From Haliotis cracherodii (lineage: Eukaryota), in assembly GCF_022045235.1 (NCBI RefSeq), contig NW_027266286.1:75516001-75580000 (forward strand): DNA of 64,000 nucleotides. The letters are read 5' to 3'. The notes beneath the pieces are model-generated. The model was not told where the DNA came from, searched no databases, and saw only the letters and a list, made by a program, of their open reading frames with translations. Below are positions 53,340-64,000 of the stretch, piece after piece. Each line of letters starts with the position of its first letter. Positions within the stretch are counted from its first letter, which is position 1. Both the position numbers and the translations under genes were made by a program.

Positions 53340-54047
53340 CGGAACATGACAGAACATGGCCGAACATGGCCAAACATGTCAGAACATGACAGAACATATC
53401 AGAACATGACAGAACATGGCAGAACATGGCAGAACATGGCCGAACATGGCAGAACATGACAGAAAACGACAGAACATAGCAGAACATAGCAGAACATAGC
53501 AGGACATGGCAGAACATGACAGAACATAGCAGAACATAGCAGAAAATGGCAGAACATAGCAGAACATGGCCGAACATGACAGAACATAGCAGAACATGTC
53601 AGAACATGACAGAACATGGCCGAACATAGCACAACATGACAGAACATAGCAGAACGTGGCCGAACATAGCCGAACATGGCAGAACATAGCAGAACATGAC
53701 AGAACATAGCAGAACGTGGCCGAACATGACCGAACATGGCAGAACATGGCAGAACATGACAGAACATGAGAGAACATAGCAGAACATGACAGAACATGAC
53801 AGAACATGGCAGAACATGGCCGAACATGGCCGAACATGACAGAACATGGCAGAACATGACAGCACATGACAGAACATAGCAGAACATGACAGAACATGGC
53901 AGAACATGGCAGAACATGGCAGAACATGACAGAACATGGCAGAACATGGCAGAACATAGCAGAACATGACAGAACATGGCAGAACATGGCAGAACATGGC
54001 AGAACGTGGCCGAACATGGCCGAACATGACAGAACATAGCAGAACAT
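53340..54047. repeat. 10-bp tandem repeat
   Basis: agaacatggc / agaacatgac / agaacatagc x ~70. Confidence 0.95.
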
Positions 54048-54134
54048 GTGCATACATATGGTGTTTACACGTATAACCACATCGTGTTTATTTCAATAAC
54101 GCCTTAGTTTGTACGTGCATTTTGACATATTGTT

Positions 54135-54380
54135 TGCCTGTGTCACGACATAGCGTTTAGCTCATGACAACATAGTTTTTACCGGTATAACGACATAGTG
54201 TTTTGCTCATGACAACATAGTTTTTACCGGTATAACGACATAGTGTTTTGCTCATGACAACATAGTTTTTACCGGTATAACGACATAGTGTTTTGCTCAT
54301 GACAACATAGTTTTTACCGGTATAACGACATAGTGTTTTGCTCATGACAACATAGTTTTTACCGGTATAACGACATAGTG
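54135..54380. repeat. 45-bp near-perfect tandem repeat
   Basis: gctcatgacaacatagtttttaccggtataacgacatagtgtttt x ~5. Confidence 0.92.
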
Positions 54381-56409
54381 GGAACCGTGTTCAAATTAAC
54401 GATTCACCTGGATTATGTTTCTTGGTTTTTCAGGACCAATCTGTGTTCCTAGATTTCATCAAAGGGGCGTCCGTCTATGGCCTGCACCACATTTTGATTT
54501 CCTCCCATATCAAGTTCACGAGACAACTTATAACTGAATCAGAAATACTGTTCAAAGCGGAGTGAGTTTACCTCACTCACTCAATGTACATATATAGTCT
54601 CCATACAAAATACCAGACCCCAGCCTCTCCAAGAATATCTCAGCACCACCAGAACAATAAAGGGTGCCACCGATGGGGCAGGATACGCCCACCTTCTCGT
54701 GAACACCTGGTACCATGAATATTTGATATTTATTCATAAACACATCCTCATGATTTTGTCGAAATCGTACAATCGACTTTACTTTAAGCAGAGATTTCTA
54801 TTGGATAGGGAAAGGGTTTTATCGCAATATTTATTTGAAATCTCAACAGAAACGACATATATTTGTTGTCTACGTATCCTATCTTGTGCTATTGTTCATA
54901 AAATGAGATACGTTATTTTGTATTGAAACCACTGGAATTTTGTGGTGGTTACACATCTAAAAGGGTGTGTGGTGGTTACGCTTATCCTTATCTGTGAAAA
55001 CTTTCCAATGTATCATAGTGTTGATTCAGTATTGTTCAGCATACTCATGTTTTTTAGAGAGCGTCTTTTTATTTGAAAGTTTTTTCATCAATAAGATCAT
55101 CCATATAGTTTACCACTTTTCCTTTCCAGTCTTCCCACATGTATCACCTATTTGTTGTAGTCGTTATACCAAACTCCCCATGACAAAGTACCAAATTAGC
55201 AATATTCTTTCACCTTGATGTTTTTTTAAAAATATTCCACTACGTATAGAGTACATCCTCCTAGTATATACACTTGACCTGTACTCGTCACTTTGTTTCT
55301 AAATCACAACTATTAATTTCGAAGCACTGACGTTATTGATACTTTAAATACATTAAACAAGTGCGATCACTTTGAAGTAAATGGCAAATGCCCTGTGTGT
55401 CATTGATACCGTTTCAGACTGCATTATTTCTTTTACTTGTGGGCATCTAATGCCCCCATCTCAAAATCACATACAATTAAACTTCCTTTATTTGATCTGG
55501 TTTGCTTCCCTAAATGAAACTGATCTATAACACAGTCAGGCCTAGGTGGGTCAGGTATTGCTCAAAACAAATGATTCAGGTTTGGCAGTACTAACGATTT
55601 TAACACTCTTCCCATGTGAGTCATATTTCTGATTGACACTGTTTAAAGTTAGTTTTGTAGATTGCTTCGATCATTTCCTTACCGTCTGTGTGGAATTACA
55701 CACCTGACAATTCCAATGGTTCTTGGCCTCAATAAATGTCAAATCTCAAGTTATTTTCAAGTCTAAAACTGCACAACGTACGTCATGATGCCATAATATC
55801 CTTCGACACAGTGTCCTTATGGCTTAAAGATTATATATGTATACATATGTATTTGATAGAATGTTTGAACTTACATTGTAATGTTTATTAAGTAAGATAA
55901 ACAACCACTGCTGTCCACCAGGACACGAGCAGACCAATTCCTTGCAGACACCGATGAGGGTGATGCACCGTTACAAAGGGAGGAAATCGTGCTTCGCCAA
56001 TAAGTGGGGTTTTATGACAGAAACAGCATAGGTTCGTTTGCACAGCTGTCGACTGACAGAAGCACAGGCGGCCTGGGTATTCAGTGGATGTAAAATTAAC
56101 AGAAATAAAGCAACGCCAAGGGACAAATTGGCAAAACTGTTTGAGTTTGCAATTGCACAAGTGCATGTCTAAGAGGTATAGTTCCACAATTTCTTCGTAT
56201 TGTCTTCAATAGGCAAATTTCATATGTGAGACGTTTTTGCTGGTTTCGTATGTAAAAGTACACACACGTGTTCAGTACTATTAAACACATTCTTATTTCT
56301 TTTCCGCTTTCATAAATGATCTGAAGGGTAATTCGTTGCACAGTATTATGACGGGTATACACGCTGGCACGACCCTCGAAAATAATACGGTGCTTCGGCA
56401 TAGTTTCGC

Positions 56410-56700
56410 CAGAGAGGTGAAAAGGAGTTTAACGTCACGTTCAAGATTATCGCACTTACATAGCAATTTGCATGCACGTTTACTACTCCGGACTAATGAC
56501 GATTTATAGGCTAGCCCACTGACACACGCAGTTTAACATTGATACCACACTCAGACACAGTGTACTGACACCGAGCAGACCAGTCCTTGTTGTAGCCCAT
56601 TAATGCCGAGCGCCAGACAGGGTAACAACAGGTACCACCTTTTTAACGACTTTTGGTATGGTCGAACCCCCAACCTTACACTCTCCGGGCGGACGGTACA
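56410..56700 (-). mobile_element. SINE family C copy downstream of perlwapin
   Basis: Shares the core taatgccgagcgccagacagggtaacaaca. Confidence 0.7.
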
Positions 56701-56900
56701 AAAACTCGAACAAGGAGACGGTCCATAGTCTCTCAAGAAATAGTGCATTCAGAGGGGCCATACGAGCCTGCACGCCATGCCAAAATTCCACACAACTTAT
56801 ATTATTTCTCATAAGAATAATTTACTAAATTGCTAAGATTGTTTGTCAAGTCAACGTTTCAACAGTAGATATTTATTGACCAACATTTACATCATTACAT

Positions 56901-59544
56901 TTAGTCATAGCATGGTTTTTCACACTGTCTGGGGCAGCCTCCGCAGCACTTCTGGTCCCCGGGGCAGTCAAAGTCACCAACACAGTACGCAACGCAGACC
57001 CCCGCATCATACTTTCTCCTTGGACAAGTTCCGGGCTTTTCTGGCCTGTAGCACCCCTTACATCCTGGCTTGCCGCAGCACTTCTGGTTTCCGGGGCAAT
57101 CCTGGTCGTTGTAACACGCATTTCCTTTACAAGGGCCTCGTTTTATCACTGGGCAAATCCCTAGACAATATAAATATGAACTTATTAGCATATTTCAGTT
57201 TTCAACATGTCAAGAGTATTTGTTATACAGTACATCTGCGAGGGTATATAAAAGAAACAACGTGTTTTGTAATGTATAGTTTGTAAAGTGTGTAACGGTT
57301 CTTGGTCCAAGGTTGTGTCCCTTTGTCGTGGACGGATCCTGATCAACCTAAACATGATCCTTTCTTTTCGAACACTTCACAGGTTATGGTGTAATTATTT
57401 CATTCTGTGTAATTGAGTGAGAAAATGCTCACAAGCAGATATGTGTCGGCTCAATCAGGTCAAATCCTCTTCAATGAGCTCTTACTCGAACGCAAGGCGA
57501 AATATCAGGGACTAATGTTACCTCAGGATGCCAAACAGAAAACAACACATTCCCTCAAACTTTCATATTAGCAGCTTGACCTGTCTTTGAATGCGTTTGT
57601 GACCTGTGCCACCGTTTAATTTACCTGGCTTGGGTTTGGGGACACAGGTGATGTAGCACCCAGCTCTACAGCAGTAGTATCCAGGACGGCAGTAACGGTC
57701 GCTGTAGCATCCCCGCTCGCACACATCAGGGAAGTCCAACCCAGGAGGACAGCCTGGAACAATTGGTACCGGTATATTGTTATTATGCACTGTTACAGAC
57801 CTGTATGTTCAGCTGCAAGTGACACACACATATATCAAGATGAACAATTAACTGTTACCCCATCATCGGCACTATGATGCTAATTAAATTCGTATGTTGA
57901 GATAAAGCATTTTGGGTTTGTTTTAGTTTTGTAAAATATTAACAGTAAGCCTTAAGTGTTTTATGAAATTAATAAAACTGTGTGCATGGACGTGCAATTA
58001 GAAGCATTTCTTTATATTAGAAGATGTGAAGTAAACCAGGATAGCAAACTATATCAACAACAAAACATAACCATAATATATGGCATTTTCATTTCATAAT
58101 AAAAGTACTTGGTGAATGACCCTTTTTGAAGTGACACGGTAGAATTAATTTATGTTTCACCTTTCACCTTCCCCAAGCATGCCAATCATATATCATAACA
58201 TTGTTACACATTGAGGAACGAATGTTGTTTTGTGTTAGTCAGAAATAGATGCTATCGGACTGTAAGTAATCATGTTTTGACTGGGCGGACACGTGTCGCT
58301 GGTACATTTATCATTGGACCAATCAGGAACAAACATTATTGCCACCAAGGGTGATAATTTATTATATACATATGAATGAAATACTGGAATATATCAGTGA
58401 CGATAGATCAAGTTATCAGTCACTAGTGACTGATATAAACAAGGTGCCGGAACTACTTTCTCCTGAATCAAAACATTACGTTTACGTCAGATGCCGACTG
58501 TCTCAACCGCAGGTGCATAACTTCTCTTCAACTGACCACAGGCACTTTTTGACGAGTCTGATGTCTGGAAATAACATCTATGGCAATGTTAATATCACTC
58601 TTGCGCCGGACATGCTTCGCCAGACATTAGGCACAACTGGCGACAGCGAGACGTACTGCCGAGGCGAGAAGCGCCCGCTTGAATTTTCCGAGAATTGAAC
58701 TTTCCTAATTTAATTCATGACAGCAAGCAACAATGTTACAGTTAAAATGTTCGGGGTTCACGAACGAGTGAAAATATTAGACTCTCCCCACTTCACTCGA
58801 TTTCAATGTGTATCAATATTGTTGTAAAATAAACATTCATGGATAAACATAGTGTTAGTGTGCTCATTGCAGATGCGCATGAACGCGAACGTTTAGTGAA
58901 CTAGGAGCTGGCCGCAACCTAATGGCGCTTAATGTGAGCGGCATATCCTGATAGTGAGAGTCAGTACATGTGCACTAAGGAATACCAAGCTACCTGACAG
59001 TAGGTAACATATATGTAACAGTGGTCAACACTGGGCAGAAGAAGAGACAATGCCAAAATATAAATAACAGTAATTAAGCAGAGACATAGTTACACAGCTC
59101 GTTTAGGATGGCAGACAGTCAATGTACAATGAAATGGCGATTAATAATGGGGATGAACATTTTAAAGAAATTTCGATAAAGTGATTCTTGGCAAAGAGAG
59201 CTACAGAGTAGTTAACCTTTTGTTCATTCAGACATTCAAATCGGTCGCTATGACAGTATCAGTATCAATATCTGGGGTGATTTGCTTTACCTGGGAGCTG
59301 TGGCCCATAACCAGTGGCAGTTCCCACAAGAACCGCTGTACAAACAACCTGTAGACGTCAAACAAGTGATATATGCCATGCAAATACAACAGCTTGAATT
59401 TTACAACAAGATTTATGTTCAGCCAAATTGCGACAAAACTGTTGATTCTAAAACTGTTAGCAACACACCCAACAAGAGAAATGACCATGTTTACATTGGT
59501 GAGTTTACGACAGCTGTACGTACCAAACACAGGAGGAGATGCAT
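56901..59544 (-). CDS. Perlwapin (or a close paralogue): secreted nacre-matrix protein with three WAP domains, 155-aa precursor
   Basis: Exons 59544-59524 (MHLLLCL|gtacgt), 59348-59291 (VVCTAVLVGTATG-YGPQLP|gtaaag), 57753-57625 (GCPPGLDFPDVCERGCYSDRYCRPGYYCCRAGCYITCVPKPKP), 57160-56901 (GICPVIKRGPCKGNACYNDQDCPGNQKCCGKPGCKGCYRPEKPGTCPRRKYDAGVCVAYCVGDFDCPGDQKCCGGCPRQCEKPCYD*). Phases 0,1,1. The predicted mature N-terminus YGPQLPGCPPG and WAP2/WAP3 closely match Haliotis perlwapin as I recall it. AATAAA at 56877-56872. Confidence 0.92.
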
Positions 59545-59563
59545 GTTGCTGGTGGTGACATGA

Positions 59564-60263
59564 TGTTGTTGTTGCATTAGGTGTTTAAGAGGTCGCCTTC
59601 TGCCTAGGCAATTTCGGCTGACCTGTCCCTCTTTGGGACTCCTGTGTGTGAGAAGGGTTCACATATCTATTGTGGTTTCGGTGTTCACATAATTTCTGTT
59701 TTTGCATTGATATGATTTCTATTTTCTTATATTGATATGATTTCATTTTTATCCTTGGCTGCTCTGTTTATATACGTTCGAGCAGCTGTCCATCTCTCAG
59801 AAATAGAGTTAGTTTGGCCTTCGCTATTGCATCTCTTGGCTTTAGGAGATCTATGACAGATAGCGGATCTAACTGCAATTCTTGTTTTAACCTAGCCCGG
59901 GCTGGGGCATGGTCTTGACATTCTAGTAACAGGTGGTCAATGGTTTCAGCCTGATTGCAAGATGAACAAACCTTGTCATAGAGCTTTTTGTGACCAAGTC
60001 TGAGGCGTGAGATAGCAGTTTCAATTTTCCTTTCATTTGAGTATGAGTTTGGCTTTTGTTGGACCTTGGGTTGAATTTTGTATAGCCATCTGCCGATCTT
60101 ACTTGCGTCCCATTGGGCTTGCCATCTTTTTGCTATGGAGGCTTTGATTTTGCTTTTTATCTCTAGTTTACTAAAGGGAATAGGCTGTATATCCGCTTTG
60201 TCTAGAGCTAGCTTCGCCAGTGAGTCTGCTTTTTCATTTCCATGAATATCTATGTGAGAGGGG
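59564..60263 (-). mobile_element. 5'-truncated I-group (RNase H-bearing) LINE with 10-bp TSD
   Basis: Intact ORF2 C-terminus: RNase H end PSHIDIHGNEKADSLAK, ISRLRLGH, and zinc-binding CSSCNQAETIDHLLLEC. 3' UTR ends in (CAA)n. TSD ggtgacatga at 59554-59563 and 60264-60273. Confidence 0.88.
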
Positions 60264-60286
60264 GGTGACATGACGGGAGCTGTTTG

Positions 60287-60294
60287 CTTATATA
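60287..60294 (-). promoter_or_regulatory. Probable ancestral TATA box of perlwapin, now displaced by a LINE insertion
   Basis: TATATAAG, the same motif as the 50835 box. It would lie ~40 nt upstream of ATG 59544 if the insertion and one TSD copy were removed. Confidence 0.6.
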
Positions 60295-61409
60295 GGAGTC
60301 CAGAGTTGAAGGTGCCATTGTCTGACAGATGTCACAGGTGTCAGCGACTCATCTGTAGGATTACTTTGCGTATTCAACAAATATATTGTTTTTGCTTTCT
60401 TCCAAATGAGCAGTTAATGATTCAACATACAATCCCTCCAGGTAATGCATGTTGTTTTAAAACTAATGTGTGTCTTACGCGATCTGGCTGAAAATGTGGG
60501 TCATTAAAGCCAGTAAGTTCTTTTCGTGGCATCACCTCTGGTATATATTGGCGTGAAGTCTGCACACTGAACAGTAGATTTGTCACTTTTCCGTATACTA
60601 TTAGGTGTTTGTTCTTAAAAATCAAATTTACAGAAAGGTGTTTTCTCAGGTATCATACAAAACAGTTTTTTGTTGTGTTTAGAACAACGTGTTGAAAGCG
60701 TATCGGCTGCCACTTTGTCAACATAGTATGTTGCGGAACCTACTGTTTTATGTCAGTGTATGTTATTGTTTAACAGTGATTATTGTTGTGTTACATTGTT
60801 TCTGTTGGGATTCGGTTGGCGCTCATTGCATTGTGTTTGGGCAGTGATCAGTCGGCAGGAAGTTACTATGTTCAGATTCTAATGCGGTGTGTGAACTTCC
60901 GGTCTGGTTTGCCGCGGACGTTGATCGTATGTTATGGAATTTATTTAATGTTCCAGTGACGATGTACTGTTGATGGCACTATGCAGAACTTTCCAGTGGC
61001 TGGGTAGATGGTATCTAAGGAGACACTGGCGTGTTTAATGATCTTTAACTCATTTCATCGCTTCGGAACAAGCTTTCATGTGAGGATCGTTCATCATCCC
61101 TGATTCCCTGCCTAGCCCATCTCGGAAGCTGATCACTGTCGCCGCTGGGTGAATATATATTATTTTGACTGACTTTTGCTATCTCCTCTGTATTTGTGTA
61201 TTTAATAGTTATCACAGCCAACATATTATATACTGTCATTGAATATTGCGTTACCACTCTATTGTGTATTGTCATTGTGATGGTGCTGATGTGTAAACCT
61301 AGTAAATTTGGTAATACATTTGTTGATTGTATACCACTTGTTGGTTGTGTGTTGGTTTCTGTCAGGTACAGATTGTTTCAATTTGAGGATCGACACGTGA
61401 CAGGTCTTT

Positions 61410-62092
61410 CCATGTTTTGGATGCCTGGTGTTTGATGCAGGAAGTGAAAGGACATATCTGGTGTTTGATTCTGGAATTGTAGCCCCTTGCTGGTGAAAGG
61501 CTGCCACTGAACAACAGCTGTGGAACATCGTGCGTTGTTTAGAATTGGTTAAAGAGACAATCCAACGTACTGCAGACGAGTTCGGTCTTGGCGAGAAGCT
61601 TATCCTTGCCTTAAATAGAAGTGTTGTTTAGCTGCCATGTCTTGACACGTGTCGTTATAGATGTTATTGCTGAGGTACATTGTGCATGGATTGCAAGTCC
61701 TGTTATATAATCGAAGGCCGGTGTCTCTCGTTGTAACATAAAAGTCAAGAGTATATGTGAGTTCATACATTGTTAGTAGCATCTACATTTAAAACATTGG
61801 ACAGCATGTCCTTTCGTTACCCCACCAGCAGTCGGTCAGGGTGACCTACCTCGCTCTGCCCCAGGTCACATCAGTTGCAGTGGACAAGGTGCAATATCGA
61901 CCCAAAAAGGTGAGGAAGGAAAAAAGGTGTCAGTTTAATGCCACAGGATCGTGCTTCAGTGATCAACTGAGCTTCTTATTGGGGTAGTTGTAAACCACGC
62001 TCCTAACGCTAACTTCATGGGATGGTCAACGGTGACAATTCAAATAAATAGAGGTTGTAGCACATTACCACTGCGTGGAGCAACAGTTTCCC
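61410..62092. repeat. Dispersed duplicated block, copy 2
   Basis: Same orientation and collinear with 51855-52645. Confidence 0.85.
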
Positions 62093-62571
62093 TGAGAGGA
62101 TTGATGGGGTTAGGGATAGAGCAGCTTGCCGAACGAGACGTGCACGGGACGTCTGGCACTGTGCAATAGGCTCTTTGTGTTCTGACCTCGTGGATTACAA
62201 TTCATGTGAACAAGGCAAGTTCGGCAAGTACTCGAGTAAAACTGTATGTTGAAAAACCCGGGTATAATTTTTATCAAAATGAAATCGACCCATGAGTGCA
62301 ATTTCTGAAGGAAAGTTATAATAGGCGCCACAAAACTAAATACATGCTATCTACGACTGAAAGGTGTGATTGGGGACAACAGACTCTGGTTTCACTGACG
62401 AGTTGTTTGGGTTTCTTTGTAGCTATTCTCAAAATGATATCAATTATTCTTCTTGACTATGTTTCTAGGCTTATCAGAACACAATTGTGCTATTCGTCAA
62501 TGACCTGCATCACTTTTGGATTTACCCCCACATCAAGCTGACGAGACTTGTTTTATAACTGATTCAGACCT

Positions 62572-64000
62572 GAACAATGACACAATACATACCTGTACAA
62601 TGAAACAATGCATACCTGTACAATGACACAATACATACCTGTACAATGACACAATGCATACCTGTACAATGACACCATACATACCTGTACAATGACACAA
62701 TGCATACCTGTACAATGACACTGTATACCTGTACAAAGACACAATGCATACATGTACAATGACACAATGTATACCTGTACAATGACACAATACATACCTA
62801 TACAATGACACAATGCATACCTGTATAATGACACAATGTATACCTGTACAATGACACAATGCATACCTGTACAATGACACAACACATACCTTTACAATGA
62901 CACAATGTATACATGTACAATGACACAATGCACATCTGTAAAATGAGACAATGCATACCTGTACAATGACCATGCATACCTGTCCAATGACACAATGTAT
63001 ACCTGTACAATGACACAATGCATATCTGTACAATGAGACAATACATACCTGTACAATGACACAATGCATACCTGTACAATGAGACAATTCATACCTGTAC
63101 AATGACACAAAGCATACCTGTTCAATGACACAATGCATACCTGTACAACGACACAATCCATACATGTACAGTGACACAATACATACCTGTACAATGACAA
63201 AACACATACCTGTACAATGAAACAATACATACCTGTACAATGACACAATGCATACCTGTACAATGACACAATGCATACCTTAAAAACGACACAATTCAAA
63301 CATGTACAATGACACAATACATACCATTACAATGAAACAATGCATACCTGTACAATGACATTGCATACCTGTATAATGACACAATACATACCTGTACAAC
63401 GACACAATGCATACCTGTACAATGACACAATGCATACCTGTACAATGACACAATGCATACCTGTACAATGACACAATACATACCCGTACAATGACACAAT
63501 ACATACCTGTACAATGACACAATGCATACCTTAAAAACGACACAATTCAAACATGTACAATGACACAATACATACCTTTACAATGAAACAATGCATACCT
63601 GTACAATGACATTGCATACCTGTACAATGACACAATGCATACCTGTACAATGACACAATACATACCTATACAATGACACAATGCATACATGTACAATGGC
63701 ACAATGCATACCTGTACAATGACACAATGCATACCTGTACAATGACACAATGCATACCTGTACAATGACACAATACATACCCGTACAATGACACAATACA
63801 TACCTGTACAACGACACAATGCATACGTGTACAATGACACAATGCATACCTGTACAATGACACAATGCATACCTGTACAATGAAACAATGCATACCTGTA
63901 CAATGACACAATACATACCCGTACACTGACACAATACATACCTGTACAATGACACACTGCATACCTCTAAAATGACACAATGCACATCTGTACAATGACA
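62572..64000. repeat. 23-bp tandem repeat (runs off the window end)
   Basis: acaatgacacaatgcatacctgt x ~60. Confidence 0.95.

Noticed and set aside
57754-57815. Upstream extension of the perlwapin ORF (HNNNIPVPIVP) and an apparent frameshift/stop suggesting a pseudogene
   Set aside because: The true acceptor is gttccag|gc at 57753, which joins exon 2 (YGPQLP-G) in frame. The coding sequence is intact.
59232-59498. Plus-strand open stretch with a good acceptor and donor (IQIGRYDSISINIWGDLLYLGAVAHNQWQFPQEPL...), also ORF 59282-59563
   Set aside because: It is the antisense of perlwapin exon 2 and its flanking introns, and no partner exons could be joined to it. Treated as coincidental.

Overview
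This is eukaryotic, intron-containing, repeat-rich DNA, almost certainly from a gastropod of the genus Haliotis (abalone). The basis is a near-complete match to abalone perlwapin (recalled from memory, not searched) and mollusc-type SINEs. Most ORFs in the six-frame track are artefacts of minisatellites. I rebuilt five genes by hand from GT-AG splice sites with consistent intron phases. (1) A 7-exon CHST15-like Golgi sulfotransferase (+, 7271-14115, 421 aa). The other four form a co-oriented minus-strand cluster of secreted cysteine-rich proteins: (2) a 392-aa protein with a His-rich N-terminus, 13 x 14-aa Gly/Pro/Asp repeats, a FOLN-like module and a WAP domain (27201-23039); (3) a 75-aa peptide with a single lustrin-type Cys module (44345-42724); (4) a 104-aa FOLN-like + WAP protein (50784-47657); (5) a 155-aa three-WAP perlwapin (59544-56901). 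All four start with a 7-8-codon first coding exon that splits the signal peptide at phase 0, and every WAP/lustrin exon has a phase-1 acceptor. The cluster looks like a kit of shell-matrix (lustrin/perlwapin) modules built by exon shuffling. Three notable details: a young 5'-truncated LINE lies between the perlwapin TATA box and its ATG; a 34-bp minisatellite consists of copies of a start codon plus splice donor; and a shared ~0.7-kb block lies ~1 kb upstream of two of the WAP genes. The rest is SINEs, Penelope/RTE-X/L2 fragments, hairpin elements and more than a dozen tandem arrays.
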